Below, piece after piece: positions 41,635 through 51,588 of a stretch of 64,000 bases of DNA. The notes below the pieces were generated by a model. The model was not told the DNA's origin, did no database searches, and was given only the letters and a program-made list of their open reading frames with translations. This stretch comes from an uncultured Acidobacteriota bacterium (GTDB taxonomy: Bacteria; Acidobacteriota; JAQAZP01), in NCBI GenBank assembly GCA_963836075.1, contig CAWIIB010000001.1, forward strand, positions 2,176,001 to 2,240,000. Direction: 5' to 3'. Position 1 is the stretch's first letter. Each line of letters begins with the position of its first letter. The position numbers and the translations under genes are program-made.

Positions 41635-42735
41635 ATGATCCACATCTTCATCGGCACCAAGGCCCAGTACATCAAAACCGCCCCCCTGATCAGGCGGCTG
41701 GGCCAGCAGGGAATCGTATACCGGCTGATCGACTCGGGCCAGCACGCCTCGTTGACCATGGCGCTGCGCCGGGAACTGGGCGTGCGCGAACCAGATGTCT
41801 GCCTGCGCCGGGGGGACGACATCGCCTCGCTCCCCCGGGCCGCCATCTGGATGACAAAGGTCATGCTCTCCGGCGCCTTCCGTCCGGGGAAGATGGCCCG
41901 GCAGGTCTTTGACGGCCAGGGCGGCGTCTGCGTGATCCACGGCGACACGCCCACCACTCTGCTCTCCGTCTTCCTCGCCCGGCGGGCCGGGATCCCGCTG
42001 GCCCACCTGGAAGCCGGTCTGCGCTCGTTCAACTACTGGAACCCGTTTCCCGAGGAACTGATCCGGGTGGTGGCGATGAAGCGGGCCGCATTGCTCTTTG
42101 CCCCCTCGGCAACGGCCCTGGCCAACCTGGAGCGGATGAACCTCCGGGGCGAGAAACATGACAGCGGCGTGAACACCAACCTCGAAGCTCTGAAATACTC
42201 CCGGTCGCAGATCCAGACCCCGCCACCCGGCCTGGAGAACTATGCCCTCTTTGTCATCCACCGGGTGGAGACGCTGCACAACAAAAAACGGATGGCAGTG
42301 ATCATCGACCTGGTCCACCGCCTGGCCAAAGAGAAACAGCTTCTCTTCGTCCTCCACCCGCCCACCGAACTGATCCTGAAGAAGCGCGGCGACCACCAGC
42401 GCCTGGAAGAGCAGGGCAACATCACCCTGCGGCCGCTGCTGCCCCACGCCGAGTTCATCAACCTGCTGGACCACGCCGACTTCGTGGTCACCGACGGCGG
42501 CAGCATCCAGGAGGAGTGTTTTTACCTTGGCAAGCCCTGCCTGCTGATGCGCAAGAAGACCGAGCGGAACGAGGGGATCGGGGAGAACGCCCTGCTCTCG
42601 GAGTTCCAACAAGAGCGGATCGACCATTTCGTGAATCACTGGCAGGATTACAGGCGTGAACCGTCCATCGGTGGGGCTGCCCCGCTCGATATGATCATCG
42701 AGCGGATCGTGGCCTGTGACGAAGAAGGACGATGA
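41635..42735 (+). CDS. wecB: UDP-N-acetylglucosamine 2-epimerase (WecB family)
   Basis: GTKAQYIK, SGQH, HGDT, HLEAGLRS, PFPEE, TDGGSIQEE. Confidence 0.8.
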   Translation: MIHIFIGTKAQYIKTAPLIRRLGQQGIVYRLIDSGQHASLTMALRRELGVREPDVCLRRGDDIASLPRAAIWMTKVMLSGAFRPGKMARQVFDGQGGVCVIHGDTPTTLLSVFLARRAGIPLAHLEAGLRSFNYWNPFPEELIRVVAMKRAALLFAPSATALANLERMNLRGEKHDSGVNTNLEALKYSRSQIQTPPPGLENYALFVIHRVETLHNKKRMAVIIDLVHRLAKEKQLLFVLHPPTELILKKRGDHQRLEEQGNITLRPLLPHAEFINLLDHADFVVTDGGSIQEECFYLGKPCLLMRKKTERNEGIGENALLSEFQQERIDHFVNHWQDYRREPSIGGAAPLDMIIERIVACDEEGR

Positions 42736-43631
42736 ACCACACCATCTCCATCATCGTGGTGACCTTCAACGACCGGGAGAAGTTGCTGTGCTGCCTCGCC
42801 TCTCTCGAGAACCAGACCTGGCCCCGGGAGCAGCGGGAGATCATCGTGGTGGACGACGGCAGCACAGATGGCACCGCAGAGACCGTAAGGCACGAGTTCC
42901 CCCACGCCATCCTGGTGGCCAAGGAGAACAGCGGCCCGGACAACTCACGGAACTACGGTATCGATAAAGCCACCGGTGACATCATCACCTTCATCGACGC
43001 CGACTGCACGGCGCCCTCAAAGTGGCTGGAATCGATTGCGACCGCACTGGACCAAACCCAAAACCCGGTGATCGGCGGACGGATCCTGCACCCCGGCGGC
43101 TTCTGGGCCCGGATGATCGGCCTCTCTGATTTTGGCGAGTTCCAGGGGCTCCAGCCAAAAGAGGTGAGCAACATCCCCACCTGCAACATGGGCGCCCGCC
43201 ATGAGCTGTTTCAGCAGTTCCGCTTTGACGAGAAGGCACGCATCGGCGGAGACGTGCTCTTTGCCCACCAGCTGAAGCAGAGCGGCATCCGCCTGCTCTA
43301 CGACCCGCGGGTCATGGTCCACCACCACCCGGAGGCCAACCGCAAAGCATTCTTCCAGCGGGCCCGGCGCTACGGAGCCGGGTTCGTCCAGATCCGCAAA
43401 CAGGAAGCAAAACTGCACTTCGGTGCGCTGGTGCAGTACGGGATCCCCGGGGTGATCGTCGCCACCCTGGGCCGCACCCTGCTGGACTGGGGTCGGCTTC
43501 TCCGCCACGGCCAGGCCGCCGGTGTGCGCTGGTATGAATACCCCGCTGCCGCAGTCATAATGCCGCTGAAAAGGCTGGTCTCGCTGGGGGCGGCGGTGGG
43601 GGCCTCGCGGAATGAATTGAGAGGAGTGTAA
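42732..43631 (+). CDS. GT2-family glycosyltransferase
   Basis: SIIVVTFN, VVDDGSTDGT, RNYG, FIDADC. Confidence 0.92.
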   Translation: MNHTISIIVVTFNDREKLLCCLASLENQTWPREQREIIVVDDGSTDGTAETVRHEFPHAILVAKENSGPDNSRNYGIDKATGDIITFIDADCTAPSKWLESIATALDQTQNPVIGGRILHPGGFWARMIGLSDFGEFQGLQPKEVSNIPTCNMGARHELFQQFRFDEKARIGGDVLFAHQLKQSGIRLLYDPRVMVHHHPEANRKAFFQRARRYGAGFVQIRKQEAKLHFGALVQYGIPGVIVATLGRTLLDWGRLLRHGQAAGVRWYEYPAAAVIMPLKRLVSLGAAVGASRNELRGV

Positions 43632-43892
43632 AGGACCAAAGGATCCGGATGAGGGGCCACATCATTTTTCGATATAATCAATGAATATAGATCTCATATT
43701 GATGTAGTTCAATTCTCACTTCGCGACGAAAGTTCAGATTGGTTCGAGTCCGGCCCGGCTCCCCGGGCCCAGCAGAAGGTAGAACTTTTCGGGAGGTGTT
43801 CACCTTTCCCCGTTCCTGCTGAGATACAAGGCCAACGTTTCCCATCAAGACCGGAAAGACTTGCACTTGTGGGCGAGCCGTGAGAGCGAAAG

Positions 43893-43924
43893 GCGGGAGG
43901 GGAGTCAATACGACCCCCTCCCGT
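43893..43924. terminator. GC-rich hairpin between convergent genes, probable terminator
   Basis: CGGGAGGGGAGTC-AATAC-GACCCCCTCCCG inverted repeat. Confidence 0.55.
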
Positions 43925-43939
43925 TGCCATGTTAGCTGA

Positions 43940-44302
43940 TTATGGCGTCATCGCCGTTACAGTAACCGTGCAGGTGTCCGTATCGCCCGCCGGCGGATAG
44001 GGCGGCTGGTTGTACGGAGGCGGCGTCACGTCCTCGGCGTAAAGCACAAAGACATTTGCCCCGACCAGGCTCCCGAGCGCCGGTAGCGTCTGCTGCCAGG
44101 AAGTGACGAACATTTCGTTCGGACCAAGGTTGGTGTATCCCGCCCGCCAGCTCTGGTAGGTCGCACCGCCGGCCAGGGTCAGGTCGATCCGGCCGGCGAT
44201 CGTCCGGTCGTAGGCCACGGCGTTACCCAGCGTCACACTGAACTGAGCGGCGAAGGGAAGGAGACCCGAATCGGGAACGCAGCCGAGATCTGCAGTGACC
44301 GT
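43940..44302 (-). repeat. Shared ~120-aa C-terminal domain, copy 2
   Basis: TVTADLGCVPDSGLLPF...WRAGYTN...GANVF...DVTPPPYNQPPYPPAGDTDTCTVTVTAMTP-stop. Confidence 0.95.
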
Positions 44303-45829
44303 ATCGACGAGGGTGTAGTGATAGCCCATGTCCAACCGGTCCTCATCGAAAAAGCAGTCGGTGCGGGTCGTCCCGGCGATCATTGGGCTGAACGGATGAC
44401 CCGCGTCCACGCAGTCGTTGACAACCCCCGGCTGGCAAGGGTCTTGGCACAGGTGGTAGTCGCCGAAGTCTGGATCGAAGAACAGCGGATCTGTATCGAT
44501 CATCCCGCCGCCCCAGTCGAGGGCGCTGCCGGGTTCCTTGTACACCGATGCCTGTCCGCCTTCCACATCGGAATAGCTGATGGTGAGGGAGTCTGTAGAA
44601 CCAATATAGCCCGCACTTCCCGTGGGTGCATCATTGTCCCAGAGGATGTTATTCATCAGAGTGGCGCTAGACCCACCAACGACCGCAATCCCTCCGCCAT
44701 TTTGGGTGGCACTGTTGCCGTAAACTGTCATGTTCCTGAGGGAAGCTGTGCAACCTGTCATGCACAAGATCCCACCTCCCTGAGCGCCTCCTCCATTGCT
44801 CAAGTTGTCGATAACGAGATTGTTAAGCATTTCCATCGTGCAAGATAACCAAAGGGTGATACCGCCACCGCCGAGATCCGCTTCGTTCTCGCAGATTATG
44901 TTGTTTGCGATGGTTCCTGTGCAATTTCTGAATGCGTAGACTCCCCCACCTCTATATCCCGCATAGTTCCCTTCAATGACATTGCCTGTGATCGTCATAG
45001 TGAGTTCGGTTCCCGATCCTCCATCGCCGGCAACGCCACCGCCCCAGTCCGCCGCGACATTCCCAGTGATCGTGCAGTGGCGTATAGTCAGGTGTCCCCC
45101 CCAGACACCACCCATCCCGCCGCCAAAGCTGCCGGAATAATTCCCGCTGATCGTGCAATACTCGACTGTAGTCGTGGAATCCTGGAGTTCGAATCCGCCA
45201 GTCGACACTTCGGCGACGTTGTCGATGATTTCGCAGTCTCTGATGACGAGGTTGGAGATATAGGCAAAACCGGCCCCGCCGTCATATGCATTGTTCCCGT
45301 TAAAGATGGAATCGGTGATTTCCGTGTTCGACGCATAATAAAAGATTCCGCCGCCATGCCAGTTGGTAGAATTCTCCCTGAAGGTGCAGTGGCTTATCTC
45401 CGGGCTGGAGTTGTAACAGAGGGCTCCTCCCCCCCAGCCATCCGGATCATTGTTTTCTGTTCCGACGGCCCGGCCGTACTCGATGATGCACCAGGTGAGA
45501 TGACTGGTGTCCGGCGCATCGATGAAACGGATACTGTGCCAGCCTTCGACGGTGTTCGCGGCGGTGAAGAGGATGGGGGAGGCTTCCGTCCCCACAGCCT
45601 CCAAGTAGCCGTTGACGATTAGTTTGTAGTGGCCTTGGAAGACCACCTCCACATCTTCGTTGATTTGCAGAGTCTCACCGGCCGGCACAGTGATCTCGCC
45701 ATTGATGTTGTACGGATTCCCCGATGAATACCAATCGCCCGAGACGTCACCAGGGCCGATCTCGGTGGCGCCAACCAAAGGGGTTACCAGGCAAATGATA
45801 AGAGAGAAGACAATGACCAGTGATTTCAT
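43940..45829 (-). CDS. Secreted right-handed parallel beta-helix protein with the shared C-terminal domain
   Basis: Signal peptide; many N.A..GGG[IV] repeats; DPLF...TTRTD...DMGYHY cap; ATG 45829 follows GGAGG. Confidence 0.88.
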   Translation of the reverse strand: MKSLVIVFSLIICLVTPLVGATEIGPGDVSGDWYSSGNPYNINGEITVPAGETLQINEDVEVVFQGHYKLIVNGYLEAVGTEASPILFTAANTVEGWHSIRFIDAPDTSHLTWCIIEYGRAVGTENNDPDGWGGGALCYNSSPEISHCTFRENSTNWHGGGIFYYASNTEITDSIFNGNNAYDGGAGFAYISNLVIRDCEIIDNVAEVSTGGFELQDSTTTVEYCTISGNYSGSFGGGMGGVWGGHLTIRHCTITGNVAADWGGGVAGDGGSGTELTMTITGNVIEGNYAGYRGGGVYAFRNCTGTIANNIICENEADLGGGGITLWLSCTMEMLNNLVIDNLSNGGGAQGGGILCMTGCTASLRNMTVYGNSATQNGGGIAVVGGSSATLMNNILWDNDAPTGSAGYIGSTDSLTISYSDVEGGQASVYKEPGSALDWGGGMIDTDPLFFDPDFGDYHLCQDPCQPGVVNDCVDAGHPFSPMIAGTTRTDCFFDEDRLDMGYHYTLVDTVTADLGCVPDSGLLPFAAQFSVTLGNAVAYDRTIAGRIDLTLAGGATYQSWRAGYTNLGPNEMFVTSWQQTLPALGSLVGANVFVLYAEDVTPPPYNQPPYPPAGDTDTCTVTVTAMTP

Positions 45830-45913
45830 GACAACTTCCTCCATAAACACCCAAAGGGATTGCCGGGGGAAAAGTCAACTTGCCTTAAGACTAGAACCAT
45901 CTCCATGTATCGC

Positions 45914-48049
45914 TTAAAATCGCCCACCCGCTACGTTGGCCCCGTGAGTCATGCCGGGGAAAGCCTCCAGCGAGAACCAGGGATCCTCCCGACTGATTTG
46001 TGATCCATCATAATGGTAAACCCTGACCAGGGTGCCAACTGCCGGGTCGGGACCGGCGCCCACCACGATCTCACTCCGGCCATCGCCGTTCAGGTCAGCG
46101 CCGGCAAAGACATTCGCTCCGAAGCGAACTTCTTCCGACGACCAGGCGAAGAAACTGATGCTGGTCATCGGAGTCACCGCCGAACCATCACAGTTCCAGC
46201 CCCTGACGTGGGCCCCAAATAAGAAGGAGGGCCCGGGTCCCGTGACGATCTCGTCGATCCCGTCTCCATCCACGTCTCCGCAAGTCACATTGCCCCCCAT
46301 ACGGTTAGTGCCGTATGCAAGAAAATTAACCACGGGCATGGCCGTCGCCGATCCCCCGTCCACGTTCCATCCCCTGACATGAGGTCCATAGACCGCACCG
46401 GGTCCCGGGCCAGTGACAATCTCATCAAAGCCATCGCCGTCGATGTCGCCGCAGGATACATTCACGCCCCACTTGGGCGTACCGTAGGCGAAGAAGTTCA
46501 CACCCGGGATGGCGGTCACCGTGCCAGTAGTGTCATAGTCCCAACCACGGACGTGTGGGCCAAAGACTGCACCCGGGCCGGCGCCAGTGATTATTTCATC
46601 GGTTCCATCCCCGTCAAGGTCACCCGCGGCCACGTTGACGCCGTATTTGTTGGTCCCGTAAGCGAGGAAGCTGAGGCCGGACAGCGGGGTGCCGTTGACG
46701 GCGAACCCCCGCACGTGGGGGCCGTAGATTTCCCCAGGGCCCGCGCCGGTCAGAATTTCATCCCGGAGGTCTCCGTCTACATCGCCGCAACTCACGTTGA
46801 CACCGTAATGCATCGGACCGTATGCATTGAACTCGTATTCATGCACGGCGTCCTGTTCGGGTGTAAACACTCCTACGATCGGAGGATTAGTGTAAGCAGG
46901 GCCGGGTCCAACCACCAGGCGTTCCAATCCCGGGTAGTGAAATCCCATGTCCACCACCCCGCTGTCCAGAACTTGATCGGTACGGGTTGTTCCCCAGATC
47001 ATCTCGCTTGCCGGATCACCAGCTTCCACACAGGGGTTATCCACGCCTGGCTGACAGGGAGCCTGACTAAGGTAGTAACCACCACTTGGACCTTCAATGA
47101 GGAGCGGATCGGTGTTTAAGTTTCCCATCCCCGACCAGCCTCCCTGGACATCGGAATAGGTGACTCTAAATTCCCCCAACCCATAGCGGTTGATACCCGG
47201 AGAATGGGATGCCTGGTTCCCCCAAATAATTGCGTTGATGATGGTCGCGGAATGATTCGGGCTATCACTGGTATAACTTAATCCACCTGCAAAATCGGCT
47301 GTGTTTCCAACGATCGTGCAATTCGTAATTGACACTGAAAGCCTCGGCCAGCCCGTACCAGTATGGGCACAACGTATCCCCCCCCCTGTCAATCCTGAAT
47401 TATCGGAAATGTTGCAGTTCGTGATAGTAAGGTGACTGTAATTAGAGATGTAGATGCCACCACCTTCACCTTGTGAAATGTTGCCCGTGATGGTGCAATT
47501 GGTGATCATCGTGGGGTCTAGTCCCCAATCGCCGAAAATACCACCGCCGATGAGGCCCGTGTTCCCAGAAATCGTACAATTATTGATTGTCGGGAAACCG
47601 CCAGCTAAAAAAATTCCTCCCCCCCCCCAATCGCTAGCTGTATTCCCAATAATCTTGTTGTTGTAAAGCGTCGGGCTGGAATGGCATTTTATGCCACCAC
47701 CTTCATTGGCATATCCGTTTCGGACGGTAAACCCTATAAGAACTGAATCCGGGCCTTCACCATTGTGAATAAAGAACCCGCGATGAGGGTCTGTCTCGCT
47801 CCCCTCACAATCGATGATGCAGTTCTCGGCTCCGTTCTCCGACCTGACCGTGATCGCCTTACCAAGGAAATCGATGTCACGGTTTCCCTCACCGATATAC
47901 GTGCCATCAGCCACCAGCACAGTGTCACCGTCCATCGCTGCATCGATACCTGCCTGGATGGTCGGCTGGTCACCGGGGACGTGGATCGTGTCGGCGAGAC
48001 CGATTAGCGGAAACAGTATGATGCCGAGAACAAATATGGTTCGTTTCAT
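45914..48049 (-). CDS. Secreted parallel beta-helix protein with a C-terminal FG-GAP-like repeat block
   Basis: Signal peptide; IHVPGDQPTIQAGIDAA start; GGG repeats; DMGFHY; five GVNV..GD.DGDG.DEI.TG.GP repeats. Confidence 0.88.
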   Translation of the reverse strand: MKRTIFVLGIILFPLIGLADTIHVPGDQPTIQAGIDAAMDGDTVLVADGTYIGEGNRDIDFLGKAITVRSENGAENCIIDCEGSETDPHRGFFIHNGEGPDSVLIGFTVRNGYANEGGGIKCHSSPTLYNNKIIGNTASDWGGGGIFLAGGFPTINNCTISGNTGLIGGGIFGDWGLDPTMITNCTITGNISQGEGGGIYISNYSHLTITNCNISDNSGLTGGGIRCAHTGTGWPRLSVSITNCTIVGNTADFAGGLSYTSDSPNHSATIINAIIWGNQASHSPGINRYGLGEFRVTYSDVQGGWSGMGNLNTDPLLIEGPSGGYYLSQAPCQPGVDNPCVEAGDPASEMIWGTTRTDQVLDSGVVDMGFHYPGLERLVVGPGPAYTNPPIVGVFTPEQDAVHEYEFNAYGPMHYGVNVSCGDVDGDLRDEILTGAGPGEIYGPHVRGFAVNGTPLSGLSFLAYGTNKYGVNVAAGDLDGDGTDEIITGAGPGAVFGPHVRGWDYDTTGTVTAIPGVNFFAYGTPKWGVNVSCGDIDGDGFDEIVTGPGPGAVYGPHVRGWNVDGGSATAMPVVNFLAYGTNRMGGNVTCGDVDGDGIDEIVTGPGPSFLFGAHVRGWNCDGSAVTPMTSISFFAWSSEEVRFGANVFAGADLNGDGRSEIVVGAGPDPAVGTLVRVYHYDGSQISREDPWFSLEAFPGMTHGANVAGGRF

Positions 48050-48283
48050 GACCCACCTCCAATTCTTTAGTTGATAGGGCTGAAGTATCGTGTATTGCGA
48101 ATGCTATGATCTGCTCCACGCTGTTTTTCCCCCTACACTTAGCCCTACGCATTACCCACTGAAAACCTGCAACGAAAGAAAAACGTATTGAACATTGGGT
48201 AATATAGTGGATAATGGGTGGGAAGAAGTGCAGGAATCTGAGCAGGTTACGAATAAGGCACCCTGCAGGGCGACGGAGGAGTC

Positions 48284-48871
48284 ATGACCGATTCTGGCCG
48301 ATCCAACGTTACTGAAATCCTTCATTCTCTCCGGGGGGATGATGCGGACCAGCACGAGTGCAACCAGCGACTCTTCGATCACGTCTACAACGAACTGCAC
48401 CGGATCGCCGGGAGCTTGATGAGCCGGCAGCGTGCGGATCACACCTTGCAGTCAACAGAACTTGTTCACGAGGCCTTTCTTCGACTCGTTGACCAGAGCC
48501 AGGCCGACTGGCAAAGCCGAGTACACTTCTATCGAACCGCTTCACTCGCCATGCGACAAATTCTCGTTGACCACGAGCGCCGCCGCGTTGCCGCCAAGCG
48601 CGGGAGTGGCGGTGTAAAGATCACCTTTGACGAGCAATTGGGAATCGGCGCGAACGAGGCAGTCGATATCTTGCCGCTGGATGAACTGCTGACTCGGCTT
48701 GCTGAGATGGACGAACGAATGGCCCAGGTAGTGGAGTTTCGTGTTTTTTCCGGGATGACCGTCAAAGAAGCGGCGTTCGCACTCGGTGTTTCCGAGCGGA
48801 CGGTCCACGATGACTGGCGGGTGGCCAAGATGTGGCTAACCCACGAACTGTCGGGAGGGTCTGGCTCGTGA
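48284..48871 (+). CDS. ECF sigma factor of the kinase-associated (ECF43 / TIGR02999-like) type
   Basis: VYNELHRIA, HTLQSTELVHEAFLRL, HFY...AMRQILVD..R...A.KRG, TV..DW..AK.WL. Confidence 0.9.
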   Translation: MTDSGRSNVTEILHSLRGDDADQHECNQRLFDHVYNELHRIAGSLMSRQRADHTLQSTELVHEAFLRLVDQSQADWQSRVHFYRTASLAMRQILVDHERRRVAAKRGSGGVKITFDEQLGIGANEAVDILPLDELLTRLAEMDERMAQVVEFRVFSGMTVKEAAFALGVSERTVHDDWRVAKMWLTHELSGGSGS

Positions 48872-51570
48872 AACCCGAACGCTTCGCCAGGTTGAAAGGA
48901 CTCCTGCTCCATGCTGTCGATCTATCGGAGAAGGAGCGGGAGGCATACCTGGATCAGGCCTGCGGTGATGATCCCGAACTGCGTCGTGAAGCCGAAGTTA
49001 TCCTTGCTCGCGGCGCAAAACCCTCCGCGCTTTTCCAGAAAGCGAGCGACATACCGGAGATGGATGCTGAGCCCGGAGGCGCAGCACTAACCATTCAGAC
49101 CCTCCCGGCGGAAATCGGCGGATACCGGATCCTGCGCAAGCTTGGGGAAGGCGGCATGGGTGTGGTCTACGAGGCCGAGCAGCAGAGCCCCCAACGCCGC
49201 GTGGCGCTCAAGGTGGTTCGTGGCGGGACCTTCCTGGACGAGCACCGGGTGAGGCTTTTCCAGCGAGAGATCCAGGCCCTTGCCCGACTTAAGCACCCTG
49301 GGATTGCCAACATCCATGAATCGGGCCGCACCGAGAGCGGAGAGCACTTCTTTGCCATGGAACTGGTGAGCGGAGAGCCACTTGATACATACCTGGCAAA
49401 CAATCCAATCCCTGCCGATCAGGCCAGGTCAGCAATCCGCACCCGGCTCGAACTTTTCCGCCAGATCTGCCACTGCGTCAGTTATGCCCACCAGCGGGGC
49501 GTGATACACCGCGACCTGAAGCCCTCGAACATATTTGTGGTGAGCGAAGAACAACTCCAGCAAGGTGGCTCCATAGGATCCGCGGTGCAGGTAAAGATAC
49601 TCGACTTCGGGCTGGCCCGGATCACCGACGCCGACGTGTCGATGACCACGATGCTGACCGAGGTGGGGAAGATCCAGGGCACGTTAGCCTACATGAGCCC
49701 CGAGCAGGCGCGGGGCAACCCGGACGAGATCGACGTACGGAGCGATGTCTATTCTCTCGGGGTGATCCTCTTCGAGATGCTCACCGGGGAGCTGCCCTAC
49801 GACGTGCGTCGGACAATGGTCCACGAAGCAGTGCGGGTGATCCTGAAGGAGTCGCCGAGAAAGCCCAGCACAATCAGCCGAATGCTGCGTGGGGATGTGG
49901 AGACAGTCGTCCTCAAAGCATTGGAGAAAGACCCTCTACGACGGTACCAGAGCGTTGCGTCGCTGGGGGAGGATGTGGAACGGTATCTCGCCCACCAGCC
50001 GATAGTTGCACGTCCTCCGAGCACTGCATACCAGCTCAGAAAACTGATCACCAGGCACAGAAGATTGTTCGGGGCCCTGGCCGTGATGTTTGTCTTGCTT
50101 GCCGGCGGTCTGGTGACCAGCACGCTGATGTATCTGAAGTCGGAGAATGCCCGAGCGGAAGCCGTGGCAGTAACTGATTTCCTGAAGGACACCTTGATGG
50201 CTGTCGCTCCCGTCCGGGCCCGGGGGCACGAAGTGACGGTGCGGGAGCAGTTGGACAACGCTTCTCAAAAAATCGACGAGGCGTTTCCAGGGCAGCCGAG
50301 AGTCGAGGCAACGCTACGATTTACAATAGCGGATACCTATTCTGTATTGGGTGAATACGCTTCTGCGGAACTACATCTGGAAAAAGCGCTTGAGATTCGG
50401 AATCGTGAACTGGGCGAAGGGCACCCGGATACGCTGGAAGTGACAACCATATTGGGTTGGATTTACTACTTCCAGGGCCGTTACGCGGAAAGGGAGCCGT
50501 TGTTTACACAAGCGCTGGAGATTAGCCGCCACGAGCTTGGTGAGGAACACCAGGTGACGATCGGATTGATGATCCTCCTGGGGGCACGATACGAAAAACA
50601 GTGCCGGTATGATGAAGCCGAACCGCTTTTCGCGAACGCCTTCGAAATCTGTCGGCGAGAGTTCGGCGATGACCACTCGCGCACCCTGGAAGCGATGACC
50701 GCTCTGGGGTTGGCCTACCAGAGACAATACAAGTTCAAAGAGGCCGAAAGTCTCTATTCCAACGCTTACGAGTTGCTGAGCAGAGTCCGGGGGGAGGAGG
50801 ACCAAATCACACTCATCACGATGATCAATCTGGCCTATCTTTACGGGCAGATGGAACGTTTCGACGAGGGAGAGCAGTTGTTCGGTCAAATCCTTGAGAT
50901 CGAGCGTCGAGCATTGGGTGAAGATCACTTACTCTTGTATGAGACTTTGGATGGTCTGGGGACCCTTAAATACATTCAGAAATCCTATTCTGAATCCGAA
51001 CAGTATTTTCTTGAAGCACAGCAAGGATACCTTCGGCTCATGGGCGAGGAACACCCGAGTGCTCTGCGCAACCGGACCAACCTGGTCAGGCTCCGTATTG
51101 CACAAAAGTCGTATGACGAGGCTGAGCCACTGTGCTTGCATGTTCTGGATACCGAACGCCGTGTATTGGGTGAGGATCACCTGGAAACACTCTGGAACAC
51201 GCAGGCATTGGGGGTGATTTATCGGGAACAGGGATTTTATGAAAAGGCCGAACCGCTGTTTATCACTGCCGTGGAAGGAGCCAGGCGGGTGTTGCCCGAT
51301 AGAAACTGGCGCATCGGCCATTATCTCCTCGAACAGGGCCGCTGTCGATTAGCCCTGAAGCGCTATGCCGAAGCTGAGGCCGGGCTGCTCGAAGCATATG
51401 AGATTCTCATCGCCGCGCCAGAATCGGAGCGTAAACGCGCCATGGGGGCAGTCGAAGCCCTCATCGAGCTTTACGACGCCTGGGGCAAGCCGGAGAAGGC
51501 CACCGAGTGGCGGGCGAAGCTGCCTGAGCCTGAGCCAGCGACGGAACAATCAGCGGGCGATTCAGAATAA
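48868..51570 (+). CDS. Hanks-type Ser/Thr protein kinase with a TM helix and C-terminal TPR repeats
   Basis: LGEGGMGVVY, VALK, HRDLKPSN, DFGLA, GTLAYMSPEQ; TM LFGALAVMFVLLAGGLV; GTG 48868 overlaps the ECF stop (GTGA). Confidence 0.95.
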   Translation: MKPERFARLKGLLLHAVDLSEKEREAYLDQACGDDPELRREAEVILARGAKPSALFQKASDIPEMDAEPGGAALTIQTLPAEIGGYRILRKLGEGGMGVVYEAEQQSPQRRVALKVVRGGTFLDEHRVRLFQREIQALARLKHPGIANIHESGRTESGEHFFAMELVSGEPLDTYLANNPIPADQARSAIRTRLELFRQICHCVSYAHQRGVIHRDLKPSNIFVVSEEQLQQGGSIGSAVQVKILDFGLARITDADVSMTTMLTEVGKIQGTLAYMSPEQARGNPDEIDVRSDVYSLGVILFEMLTGELPYDVRRTMVHEAVRVILKESPRKPSTISRMLRGDVETVVLKALEKDPLRRYQSVASLGEDVERYLAHQPIVARPPSTAYQLRKLITRHRRLFGALAVMFVLLAGGLVTSTLMYLKSENARAEAVAVTDFLKDTLMAVAPVRARGHEVTVREQLDNASQKIDEAFPGQPRVEATLRFTIADTYSVLGEYASAELHLEKALEIRNRELGEGHPDTLEVTTILGWIYYFQGRYAEREPLFTQALEISRHELGEEHQVTIGLMILLGARYEKQCRYDEAEPLFANAFEICRREFGDDHSRTLEAMTALGLAYQRQYKFKEAESLYSNAYELLSRVRGEEDQITLITMINLAYLYGQMERFDEGEQLFGQILEIERRALGEDHLLLYETLDGLGTLKYIQKSYSESEQYFLEAQQGYLRLMGEEHPSALRNRTNLVRLRIAQKSYDEAEPLCLHVLDTERRVLGEDHLETLWNTQALGVIYREQGFYEKAEPLFITAVEGARRVLPDRNWRIGHYLLEQGRCRLALKRYAEAEAGLLEAYEILIAAPESERKRAMGAVEALIELYDAWGKPEKATEWRAKLPEPEPATEQSAGDSE

Positions 51571-51588
51571 CCGTTGACTTACCTCAAA

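Noticed and set aside
43741-43765. GGTTCGAGTCC tRNA T-loop-like sequence at the left edge of the lower-GC cluster (possible att remnant)
   Set aside because: The T-stem pairs poorly, there is no CCA, and there is no match to the 3' end of the tRNA-Leu beyond the loop motif.
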